Positions 42,101 to 49,776 of a DNA stretch of 53,938 bases are shown in pieces. The position numbers were made by a program, and so were the translations under genes. Origin of the DNA: an uncultured Burkholderiales bacterium (GTDB lineage Bacteria; Vulcanimicrobiota; Xenobia; Xenobiales; JADMJV01); assembly GCA_964423525.1 (NCBI GenBank), contig CAYRFU010000005.1, forward strand, positions 1-53,938, written 5' to 3'. Numbering within the stretch: position 1 is the first letter of the stretch; every line of letters starts with the position of its first letter. The notes beneath the pieces are model-generated. The model had not been told where the DNA came from and made no database searches. It worked only from the letters and a program-made list of their open reading frames with translations.

Positions 42101-42373
42101 AAAACCGGCGGTATCTCAAGAATTCATGAGCAAAGCATTCCATCCTCCGTCTCCCGAACGGTCGTTGAGCGGCACGGAGAGAGAGCCAAACAACTCGCGG
42201 ACCGATGTCGAGAGGCTCGTGAAAAGACCTCACCAGGTTCCGCTGAAGAGCTTTTAGGACTGGCTCATGAAGTTCTGGTCCGAAACAGAAAGGAAATTGA
42301 AACAATTACGCAGGCTCAAGCCAACAACGACAGACCACTTGACAGAGCAGGCAGCGCCGGCAACACCTCCTAG
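39110..42373 (+). CDS. Large hypothetical protein (1087 aa) with a C-terminal PRTase-like PRPP-binding loop
   Basis: GGAGG lies 5 nt upstream of the ATG. The N-terminal ~400 aa are Pro/Ser/Glu/Thr-rich and look disordered. LYVILDDYAGSGESL (nt 41528-41572) fits the type I phosphoribosyltransferase loop. Confidence 0.7.
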   Translation: MFNKLNQIAGQKFQPAPKLASSNPLSVEPALPEPLDEKSTPTLKPFSVYSNKEFKPLPLVEGLDYKPAYSSIESFSEEETSSEEKESFTHQPAHLFPPPPKLLVDLDEPLSNFTSFKAHSLSTAFMTASLRSMVDGSNSNYKGLAKAHGVKSDMHVGVELEPALGQGAAEKRLIEWRMGQVISLLDGGHHEVAKAVAEGKHDQLLGKSVLESKTSAQKSPVAKVKAWFGKVIEALTKTTKDPSFALAVSMTTGTTGPVLSSTSEALKTPDETAEGPSPTSPPSEKVLVPPLWGNKVTSSTQLNELLDEVVEILLKPTPRKFRDESDSVDQETSSTQPVTRPEKTEVKTGQLCLDLGRLGPKFGDRLPEPDTAETSQPESAPSDHKDQFKLDLSLYQSTRDWPGAEIDCHEWSLELARDPDYRAETVPENLRAVRVGIPGRIRTAAELNDQQVTEVLNAQLQPVSIAAVGELLDQFPHDKRPLATAALEVLSRSASLDHYQSLADHIELRGKPEEENGSHKPVKLYSEADGSLADALRYTVSRKRLFDCKSPIELTNCKDEEPCLLLDQAMVKRLEDSPELVDEFVKAKSPVLCPSIQIAGCNPSTVASAESLQPKLSSIVAAAEKAKEAGVKASSDTDLVEQVLDSLARERLAAINPALLDRYETVPIKPLKTDESAGELDTQARIAYQLNGSQAITLEQTTKILDKVPEEWRSMARELVSQNSEVQSPRAMSQLARTQLRRIHEFAKTVGVEAEDIRFVVYDSKKSYGVYSHLFKEANLNQLRPSQFVSQGALPDVRENLKGKKQLYVILDDYAGSGESLLIDARRRVRNLVGKDPQIVCAPSISTTQAFEALNRARRPTIDPNCQLIAGRVIACVEDSPLAIEGDRAYRSAVIGGLGDDCGWSRTGSCVSLPYMGPDNNGSLFGGDMFNPFFVINGNTSACKSAGQVRPITDLLEPVARGELQALGHDLEQRPSLKGEDVEPLGDRVIEVLALAEKTGGISRIHEQSIPSSVSRTVVERHGERAKQLADRCREAREKTSPGSAEELLGLAHEVLVRNRKEIETITQAQANNDRPLDRAGSAGNTS

Positions 42374-42439
42374 AGCTGCGGAAGCAAGTTCCGCCACCCA
42401 TGGTCGGACGTTCTCGCGTGACTTGTTGGGCATCGCTCT

Positions 42440-42470
42440 GCCGGACCCCATTGTCAATGGGGCTTCCGGC
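42440..42470. terminator. Hairpin between convergent genes (possible bidirectional terminator)
   Basis: GCCGGACCCCAT-TGTCA-ATGGGG(CT)TCCGGC gives 12 bp with one 2-nt bulge. There is no U tract on either side. Confidence 0.45.
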
Positions 42471-42477
42471 CTAGCTC

Positions 42478-44049
42478 CTAGAGAGGGATGTTGCCGTGCT
42501 TGCGAGCGGGAGCGGTGACCCGTTTGCCCTCGAGAGTGCGCAGAGCTTCGATCAACCGCACACGAGTCTGGGCCGGCTCGATGATGTCGTCGATGTATCC
42601 GCGAGAAGCGGCCACGTAGGGCGAGGCAAAGCGGGCCGTGTAGTCGTCAACAAGTTCTTGCCGCTTCTGCTCCGGGTCAGCCGCTTCCGCTAGTTCGCGC
42701 CGGAAAATGATATTGATGGCCCCCTGAGGACCCATCACGGCGATCTCAGCGGTGGGCCAGGCGAGGTTGAGGTCGGCCCGGATATGAGAAGAGCACATGA
42801 CGTCGTAGGCCCCGCCGTAGGCTTTCCGAAGAATCACCGTCACTTTGGGAACAGTGGCTTCGCAAAAGGCATAGAGGAGCTTGGCACCGTGCTTGATGAT
42901 ACCACCGTGCTCCTGTTGAACGCCGGGCAGAAAGCCCGGCACATCGACCAACGTGACCAGAGGGATGTTAAAAGCGTCACAGAAGCGCACGAACCGAGCT
43001 CCTTTGATGGAAGCTTCAATATCGAGCACTCCGGCCAGCGTCTGAGGGTTATTCGCCACCACGCCGACAGGGGCTCCGTCGAGCCGGCCAAAGCCGACCA
43101 CGATGTTGCGAGCCCAGTCAGAGTGAATCTCGAGAAACTCGTTCTCGTCGACTAGCTCAGTGACCACCTCCCGCACGTCGTAGGGTTTGTTGGGGTCGGA
43201 AGGGACCGTTTTTTCCAAGGCAGGGCACAGTCGGTCGGCGGTGTCTTGGGGAGTTTTGCGAGGGGGTTGCTCCAAGTTGTTGGAGGGCATAAAAGAGAGC
43301 AACTGACGCAGGGCCTCGAAACAATCCTGCTCGTCTTCGGCCGTCAAGTGGGCCACGCCCGACACCGATGAGTGGGTGCCTGCCCCTCCTAGACGTTCGA
43401 AGGTCACCTCTTCATTGGTCACCGTCTTGATAACATCGGGTCCCGTGATGAACATGTGGGACTTCTCTTCCACCATCACGATAAAGTCGGTGATGGCGGG
43501 AGAATAGACGGCTCCGCCGGCACAGGGACCGAGAACGGCTGAGAGCTGGGGCACCACTCCCGAGGCCTTGGTGTTGCGGTAGAAAATCTCGGCATAGCCT
43601 CCCAAGGAGACGACCCCCTCCTGAATCCTGGCTCCGCCGGAGTCGTTCAGACCGATAATGGGAGCCCCGTTCTGAACGGCCAGATCCATCACTTTGCAGA
43701 TCTTGGCGGCGTGCATTTCCCCCAGAGAGCCCCCAAACACCGTGAAATCCTGAGCAAAAAGATACACCAGACGTCCGTCGATGGTGCCGTGTCCGGTGAC
43801 CACGCCGTCTCCCAGAAACTTCTTGTCTTCCATCCCAAAGTCTGAGCAGTTGTGGGTAACGAATCGGTCGAGTTCTCGGAAACTACCCGGGTCGAGCAGC
43901 TGCTCCATTCGCTCTCGAGCGGTCAGCTTGCCTCGCTTGTGCTGGGCTTCAATACGGGATTCACCGCCCCCGAGAGCGCTCTTTTCACGTTGCTCTCGAA
44001 GCCGTTCGATTTTCTCGTCCATGGTGGCTAAGCGCGTTTTCGTTTTCAC
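42478..44049 (-). CDS. Acyl-CoA carboxylase carboxyltransferase (beta) subunit, propionyl-CoA carboxylase-like
   Basis: [37 protein letters not shown] and GGAYDVM motifs. Confidence 0.93.
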   Translation of the reverse strand: MKTKTRLATMDEKIERLREQREKSALGGGESRIEAQHKRGKLTARERMEQLLDPGSFRELDRFVTHNCSDFGMEDKKFLGDGVVTGHGTIDGRLVYLFAQDFTVFGGSLGEMHAAKICKVMDLAVQNGAPIIGLNDSGGARIQEGVVSLGGYAEIFYRNTKASGVVPQLSAVLGPCAGGAVYSPAITDFIVMVEEKSHMFITGPDVIKTVTNEEVTFERLGGAGTHSSVSGVAHLTAEDEQDCFEALRQLLSFMPSNNLEQPPRKTPQDTADRLCPALEKTVPSDPNKPYDVREVVTELVDENEFLEIHSDWARNIVVGFGRLDGAPVGVVANNPQTLAGVLDIEASIKGARFVRFCDAFNIPLVTLVDVPGFLPGVQQEHGGIIKHGAKLLYAFCEATVPKVTVILRKAYGGAYDVMCSSHIRADLNLAWPTAEIAVMGPQGAINIIFRRELAEAADPEQKRQELVDDYTARFASPYVAASRGYIDDIIEPAQTRVRLIEALRTLEGKRVTAPARKHGNIPL

Positions 44050-44060
44050 AAGTCCTCCGG

Positions 44061-44708
44061 CTAAAAAAAATGGGATAGCTGAATGATTTCGGGATGCTGA
44101 TCGAGTTGATCCAGATCCAGCTCAGAGCTTCTGAGCCGAGTCACCCTTCCGGCCTTTTCTAAAAACTTCTCCACTCCCTCGATTTCCAAACGGCTGCGAT
44201 CGATGAAGGGGGTGGCGTAGTGCATCGGAATGGCCAAGCGAGGCTGGACTGCTTGAATCACCTCCACGGCAGCTGCGCCGTCGAGGGTGTAATCGCCTCC
44301 CCCACAGGGCACTAGCAAAACATCGACCGAGCCCAGCCAGGAGACTTCCTCATCGGTTAGACCCCGCCCCAGGTCCGACAGATGGGCCACGGTCAGGCCC
44401 TCGGCCTCGAGCCGGAAAGCCACCACTTTACCCAACCGTCGCCCCTCTTCGCGGTCGTGGTCGAGGACCAATCCCCGGCATTCAACCAAGCCAAGCTTTC
44501 GGGGTGCTGCCCCTCGAACCACCGTGGTCGGCCCCGTTACGGCCCCGACGTGGTTGTGGTCAAAATGATCATGACTGACCAGCGTATAATCAGCCGGCCG
44601 CAGTGGCTCCTGGTAGCCCACCGAGGGATGGTAAGGATCGATGACCAAACGAATCCCGCCCCGAGTAGTGAGCGCGAAACAGGAATGACCGTAATAATCC
44701 AGCCGCAT
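44061..44708 (-). CDS. MBL-fold metal-dependent hydrolase (UPF0173-like)
   Basis: [13 protein letters not shown] and [11 protein letters not shown] motifs. Confidence 0.88.
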   Translation of the reverse strand: MRLDYYGHSCFALTTRGGIRLVIDPYHPSVGYQEPLRPADYTLVSHDHFDHNHVGAVTGPTTVVRGAAPRKLGLVECRGLVLDHDREEGRRLGKVVAFRLEAEGLTVAHLSDLGRGLTDEEVSWLGSVDVLLVPCGGGDYTLDGAAAVEVIQAVQPRLAIPMHYATPFIDRSRLEIEGVEKFLEKAGRVTRLRSSELDLDQLDQHPEIIQLSHFF

Positions 44709-44742
44709 AGCCCGGGGTTACACTCTCACCAAGAAGTTCCTG

Positions 44743-44771
44743 TTGACACCTTTGCAGTTAAACTGTAATAT
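44743..44771 (+). promoter_or_regulatory. Near-consensus sigma70-type promoter placed for a leaderless transcript
   Basis: TTGACA (44743-44748), a 17-nt spacer, then TAATAT (44766-44771). The ATG of the downstream ORF starts at 44778, 7 nt after the -10 box. No SD is present. Confidence 0.55.
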
Positions 44772-44777
44772 TGTTTT

Positions 44778-45344
44778 ATGAGAACCAGCTGTCTGACCAT
44801 TCAAGACCTTGTTCTTTCTCTTGACGACTCGGGTCGTTGCCGAGACCACGATGGCCTGTGCCAACTCTTTCAACGGTGTGACAGCCAAGATCCTCAAGTC
44901 TGGGCGACCTGGCACCAGTATGACCAAGAAGGCTTTCTGGGCTGTCGGCAACTGGCGAGGCTCTCGGAGTTGGTGGTCCAAGACTCGACTTATTCTGGAT
45001 TCTGTCCGAGCTGCCGTCACCCGGTGGAGCATTTGCCTTGGGATCCGCTCACCTGCTACCGACCTGACCAAAGCCCTCGTTTGCGCTACTTACCACGACG
45101 CTTGCTCGGGTTGGTGACCCTTTTACCGCTGCTCTTCGTCGTGCCCACGGTGGCCCTGGGCTGGCACTTTCTAAGGCTCACCTTTGTGCCCGCCAAAAGC
45201 CCGCCCCTGAAGCTTGGGCAGCTGGTCGAAAAGACAAGTCGATTTGTTTTTCTCCAGGATTTTGGGTGGATTCATTTGGTGGTCTGCTTGCTGACTCTGG
45301 GCGGGGGAGCAGTGTGGCTCGGTCAAGCCCTCTATTGGTTCTGA
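44778..45344 (+). CDS. Cys-rich hypothetical membrane protein (188 aa)
   Basis: The N-terminal part has 8 Cys, including CPSCRHP. Two C-terminal TM helices. Supported by the promoter directly upstream. Confidence 0.6.
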   Translation: MRTSCLTIQDLVLSLDDSGRCRDHDGLCQLFQRCDSQDPQVWATWHQYDQEGFLGCRQLARLSELVVQDSTYSGFCPSCRHPVEHLPWDPLTCYRPDQSPRLRYLPRRLLGLVTLLPLLFVVPTVALGWHFLRLTFVPAKSPPLKLGQLVEKTSRFVFLQDFGWIHLVVCLLTLGGGAVWLGQALYWF

Positions 45345-45577
45345 AAAAAGGCCGCGTTGCGGTCGGCGAAATCAGCTTGATCAGAAGGCAACTCGTCCTC
45401 AGCGAAGATAGCCGCCACCGGACAGACCGGCACGCACGCTCCGCAATCGATACACTCGACCGGGTCGATGTAGAACATCGGCTCGTCTGGTCCGGTATGA
45501 ATGCAGTCCACCGGGCAATACTCTACGCAAATCCCGTCTTTGACCCCAAGACAGGCTTCTCCGATGATATGGGTCAC
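45332..45577 (-). CDS. Ferredoxin with two Cys clusters (7Fe/8Fe type)
   Basis: Likely GTG start at 45577 (VTHIIGEAC), forming a GTGA overlap with the regulator stop. CLGVKDGICVEYCPVDCI and CIDCGACVPVCP clusters. Confidence 0.88.
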   Translation of the reverse strand: MTHIIGEACLGVKDGICVEYCPVDCIHTGPDEPMFYIDPVECIDCGACVPVCPVAAIFAEDELPSDQADFADRNAAFFQNQ

Positions 45578-46452
45578 AGGTTCTCCAAAGCCTCTCGCTG
45601 ACAAATTTTGATGGAACGGCCGTGGCGCTCCAGTAAACCGTCTCGCTCAAGACGGATCAACGCCCGACTCAGACTCTCTCGGGCCGCTCCTAAAAGAGAG
45701 GCCCACTCGGCGTGAGTGAAGGGAAGTCGAACGGTGTGCTCATGGTCTTGCTGGCGCGACCACTCTAAAAGGTTGCGAGCCAGCCTTTGCTCCAGGCTGA
45801 GGAGCCCGAGTTCCTCGATACGAACCTCGAGACTCTCGATGCGACGAGTAAACTCTCGCAAGAACGCTTGGGCGAGATGGGAATGCTGGAGGGTCAACTG
45901 ACGCACTCGCACCAGAGGCAAAATCAAGACCGTCGAACTTTGTAGACAAGAGGCAAAGGAGCCATGCCGTTCGTCTCTCTGAAAGAGCACGGCTTCATCG
46001 AGGGTATGAAAAGGCTCTTCCACCGCCAGCGTCTGCTCTCGTCCCTCAGGGGAAGTCCGAAAGATTCGCACTTTGCCCTTCACCAGAATATGAAGGCCGT
46101 TGGCCCGGTCTCCGGCTGAGAAGAGTCGCTGCCCCGCCAACAAGCCTTGAAAGCGGGCGCAACGGGCCAGATCGTCGAGAACAGCCTCAGGTAAACGACG
46201 AAAAGACGGCACCCTCCGCAAGTAAGTACGCAGCCGCTCTCGGCGGCGCTTCTCCTCGGGCGACTCGGTGGCGGCCACCGTTTCTCCTAGTTCGCGTCGA
46301 ATGCGATCGATGTCGGTGGCCAAAAACCGTCGCCAGCCTCGATGGTCGCGCGAGGCGGAGCTGATTCGTCCCTCTCGAAACCAACGCAATAACGTGCTGC
46401 GACTGACCCCTAAAGCCTGGGCCGCCTCGGATGAGGAAAGAAAAGTCTCCAT
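45574..46452 (-). CDS. Crp/Fnr-family cNMP-binding regulator with an extra N-terminal excisionase/MerR-type HTH
   Basis: N-terminus LSSSEAAQALGVSRSTLLRWFREGRI (HTH_17-like). cNMP-binding core LFSAGDRANGLHILVKGKVRI. C-terminal Crp HTH HAEWASLLGAARESLSRALIRLERDGLL. Confidence 0.85.
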   Translation of the reverse strand: METFLSSSEAAQALGVSRSTLLRWFREGRISSASRDHRGWRRFLATDIDRIRRELGETVAATESPEEKRRRERLRTYLRRVPSFRRLPEAVLDDLARCARFQGLLAGQRLFSAGDRANGLHILVKGKVRIFRTSPEGREQTLAVEEPFHTLDEAVLFQRDERHGSFASCLQSSTVLILPLVRVRQLTLQHSHLAQAFLREFTRRIESLEVRIEELGLLSLEQRLARNLLEWSRQQDHEHTVRLPFTHAEWASLLGAARESLSRALIRLERDGLLERHGRSIKICQREALENL

Positions 46453-46506
46453 CGCTGCTATCCTATCGAGAGCAGGCCTTCAGCACAAGGCCGAAAAGAG
46501 AAGACC

Positions 46507-47532
46507 ATGGTGGTCATCGATGGGTCGTATGAAGAAGGTGGAGGTCAGATCCTGCGGAATTCCCTGGCCCTTTCGGCTTTGACGGGAAGGCCTTTTCGTC
46601 TTGAAAGGATCCGCTCTCGTCGCCCTCAACCTGGGTTGAAAGCCCAACATCTCGCGGCTGTCCAGCTGTTAGCTCGAATGACGACAGCCGAGGTGGAGGG
46701 AGACCATCTCCACTCTACCGAGCTCAGCTTCTCTCCCCAGTCCCTCCAGCCCGGCCACTATTCCATCGATGTCGGCACAGCCGGCTCGGTAACGTTGTTG
46801 CTGCAAGCTGCCCTCTTGCCCGCTCTCTTCGCCGGTGGTAAGGTCGAGCTGGAACTGGTAGGAGGCACTGACGTGCGCTGGGCCCCACCCGCCAACTACC
46901 TCAGCGCCGTCTTACTCCCGTTTTTCCGAAAGCTGGGCACGATCTGGGACGAGGTCGGCCCCAGGGGCTTTTTCCCGAAAGGGAAAGGCCGCTTCTCGTG
47001 CTCGGTTCAAGGGCTCTTTACCAACTGGCAAAAGCTCGCTCTTCCCTCTCTTGAGTGGGTTGACCCGATCAAGCCCAGCAGAGTCCGGGTGCACTCGCTC
47101 TGTAGCCATCAGCTAAGAAAGCGAAAGGTGGCTGAGCGTCAGGCCAACTCTGTCCTTGAGCCGTTGTCCGACCTTTCACCCCAGGTGGTGACCGAGGTCG
47201 CCAAGAGTCTCAGCCTCGGTTCCTCGATCACGGTCTGGGCCGAAGCCGAAGGGGACGACTGGCCCTGGCGGTTAGGGGCGGACCAACTCGGCGAAAAGGG
47301 TCTTCCCGCCGAGAAAGTTGGCCTCAAAGCGGCCCGTCTGTTTCGCTCGCGTCTTGAGCACCCTCATCCGATCGAAGAACATCTGGCCGACAACCTGGTG
47401 CCCATCTTAGCTCTGGTCGGGGGCAGACTGAACTGCCAAGAGGTGACCCCTCATACCCGAGCCAACTGCTACGTTTCCGAAAAATTCCTGGGGCGCCGGG
47501 TAGAAATCCGAGGCTCACAACTTGTGGTATGA
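46507..47532 (+). CDS. rtcA: RNA 3'-terminal phosphate cyclase
   Basis: IDGSYEEGGGQILRNSLALSALTGRPFRLERIRSRRPQPGLKAQHL is the typical RtcA N-terminus. Confidence 0.92.
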   Translation: MVVIDGSYEEGGGQILRNSLALSALTGRPFRLERIRSRRPQPGLKAQHLAAVQLLARMTTAEVEGDHLHSTELSFSPQSLQPGHYSIDVGTAGSVTLLLQAALLPALFAGGKVELELVGGTDVRWAPPANYLSAVLLPFFRKLGTIWDEVGPRGFFPKGKGRFSCSVQGLFTNWQKLALPSLEWVDPIKPSRVRVHSLCSHQLRKRKVAERQANSVLEPLSDLSPQVVTEVAKSLSLGSSITVWAEAEGDDWPWRLGADQLGEKGLPAEKVGLKAARLFRSRLEHPHPIEEHLADNLVPILALVGGRLNCQEVTPHTRANCYVSEKFLGRRVEIRGSQLVV

Positions 47533-48226
47533 ACCGCATCGTCCCTTCCTGACGGCTCGTTGGAGCCAGCTTTGCCTGGTGAATTTCGAAGTCAATCCCA
47601 CCTGGTTGGAGTCCTTCGTGCCGGCCGGCCTTCAGCTGGAGGTGGTCGATGAGAGCGCCTTCGTCTCTCTGGCGGCCCTTCACTTTCGGGAGGTAAGAGT
47701 GTTGGGAGTCAGTTGGCCCGGCTACCGAAGTTTTCCCCAATTGACTTTAAGATTCCAAGTCCGAAGCCAAGAACGGCGGGGGGTCACCACGGTCCGAGAC
47801 TTCGCTCCCTCAAAGCTCCCTTGTTGGGTGGCTCGCCAGCTTTATGGCCAGCCATACAAAGCGGCTGAGCTGAGCAGCCGGAGGAGGAGCGATGAAATCG
47901 CTTGGACTCTCCTTTGGGGTGGTGAGGAGAATCGGCTGGAATTTACTCTAGCCAAGACCGTCCAAGCCCCCACCAGCGAGGACTCCTTCTTTCTCGAACA
48001 CAAATGGGGCTACTCGGTCCTCCCCGACGGAAGGCTCCAAGAATCCAAAGTCTTGCACCCACCCTGGACCACCCGCCGGGTGCTCGACTGGAATCTTCAC
48101 TTTGATTTTGGCAAAGTCTACGGGCCGGAGTGGACCTTTCTAGACCACCTGTCGCCCCGCTCCTGCTCTTTCGGGGTCGACTCTCAGGTGGCTATTTTCC
48201 CTCCTCGGCTCAGTCCTGAACGTTGA
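47522..48226 (+). CDS. DUF2071-like (COG3361) uncharacterised protein
   Basis: PFLTARWSQLCLVNFEVNP..L..FVPAGLQLE pattern. The start (TTG 47522) overlaps the rtcA stop. Confidence 0.65.
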   Translation: MWYEPHRPFLTARWSQLCLVNFEVNPTWLESFVPAGLQLEVVDESAFVSLAALHFREVRVLGVSWPGYRSFPQLTLRFQVRSQERRGVTTVRDFAPSKLPCWVARQLYGQPYKAAELSSRRRSDEIAWTLLWGGEENRLEFTLAKTVQAPTSEDSFFLEHKWGYSVLPDGRLQESKVLHPPWTTRRVLDWNLHFDFGKVYGPEWTFLDHLSPRSCSFGVDSQVAIFPPRLSPER

Positions 48227-49757
48227 CGCTGTGGTCACCAACGGTCACAAGCTCGAGGTCCTGTTCGAAGAATCCCGCTTCCGCCTGCGAAGAAAAAAGG
48301 TCGAATCTCTCCCTGAGGGTCTCCTCGAACCGGTCCGGTGGAGTAGTTTCCCCCAAGCCGATGTAGAGAAAGGCCGCCTCCTCAGGATGGCCGTCCATCT
48401 GTTGACAGCGAAGAAGAGTTGAATAAAGACCTAGTCGCCGCTCAAGATCGTCAGGACCGAAACGAAGAAAGGCCTCAAGATCGCGGGCCAGGCCGTCGTG
48501 CTCGGGGCCGCCGGCTCGGAGCAAAGTGGTGGCCACCGAAGCTTGGTGCGTCTTTGGCAGCGCCACCGTCAAAAGAGGAAGAGCGGCCTCTGCCTGCTTG
48601 ACCGAGGCTCCCCCCGCCAAGAGGGTGACCACCAGGTCCCCGCGGTGACGTCGACCGTCGGGAGTCGAACTCATCTGACGAGCTCTGAGGAGCAACCCGA
48701 CTCCCTCCTTCTGGCTTCCGGGCGTGGCCGCGAAAAGACGGACAGCCGTGTCGAGGAGAGGTCCAACTTCCTGGTCATCGGCGCTCTCTACGAGCTTCGA
48801 ATAGAGCTCTACCAGACTCCGCACGCTTTGCTCGGGAGCCCAGCTCTGGGCCAGGCCGTCAAACACCTCGAGACGATCTTGAAGACTAAGGGGGCCTGCT
48901 GGTCGAGCGACAGCCTCAAACAGTTCGCCTTGCTCCCAGGCGTTGGGAGCGAGACGTTCCAGCAGGTCATCCAAGCCCAGTTGAAGGGCCTGCCTGGCCT
49001 GCAAAGCTTCCTGGTGGCATTCTTCCAGGTCGTGAGCTGATCCCACCCCTGGATTTTTGACCAGAGTCTGCCCGTTCCACCCTACCGAGATCCAGTTAGA
49101 AACTCTGGCTACCTGGGCGTAGGCCTTCCAGGGGCCGTCGAACTGAAAGGTCCCGACCTCAAAACCGTCAGCCAGCATCGCCTTGATCCGTCGTCCAGCT
49201 TCGGGCTTGGCCAGAACCTTCTCATCGCCGCTCGCATAGAAGAAGTCGACCCCTTCAAGTTGGTGAGGCTCGTAGGTGTGAAACTCTTCCCCATCGGGCG
49301 AACGAAGGACAATGTGGTCCCCGGAACTCGACCAGGTTTTGCGCGCGGGGTCGGTAGCCATCTCGTAGGCAGGAACCGTCCCACAAGAACGCTCCTCCCC
49401 GTCTCGAGGACGCACCGAAATCTCCCAGCCGTGACGGCGAAAATTCTTTAAGGCCCGGACGACCGTCTCGTTCTCACACTGCTCAGGGGCAATCAAGTCC
49501 AGCAGAGCTGCGACACCGTAGAGGTCCTCGTCACTGCGAACCTTCTGGGTTCCTTCCGGGGTTACCACCCAGAGGGCCCTGTCACGGTTGGCCTCCTGAA
49601 ACGCCAGGGGCTGACGCGATTTCACTAGCCAGCCCTGCTCGGCTTCAAAATGCACCCCACTCCGCTCTAGCTTGTCGACCACTTCGGGAACAGTGGGCCG
49701 GGATTTCATCATCTGTTGGCCAGCCTTGGCCACGGCGGGTTGTTGACCTATCCTCAC
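48210..49757 (-). CDS. Hypothetical cytoplasmic protein (515 aa)
   Basis: A long ORF with coding-like composition. The N-terminal third shows three apparent ~65-aa repeats, and the C-terminal half looks helical. No known motif recognised. Confidence 0.65.
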   Translation of the reverse strand: MRIGQQPAVAKAGQQMMKSRPTVPEVVDKLERSGVHFEAEQGWLVKSRQPLAFQEANRDRALWVVTPEGTQKVRSDEDLYGVAALLDLIAPEQCENETVVRALKNFRRHGWEISVRPRDGEERSCGTVPAYEMATDPARKTWSSSGDHIVLRSPDGEEFHTYEPHQLEGVDFFYASGDEKVLAKPEAGRRIKAMLADGFEVGTFQFDGPWKAYAQVARVSNWISVGWNGQTLVKNPGVGSAHDLEECHQEALQARQALQLGLDDLLERLAPNAWEQGELFEAVARPAGPLSLQDRLEVFDGLAQSWAPEQSVRSLVELYSKLVESADDQEVGPLLDTAVRLFAATPGSQKEGVGLLLRARQMSSTPDGRRHRGDLVVTLLAGGASVKQAEAALPLLTVALPKTHQASVATTLLRAGGPEHDGLARDLEAFLRFGPDDLERRLGLYSTLLRCQQMDGHPEEAAFLYIGLGETTPPDRFEETLRERFDLFSSQAEAGFFEQDLELVTVGDHSVNVQD

Positions 49758-49776
49758 CCGGACAGGCTAGACCGTG

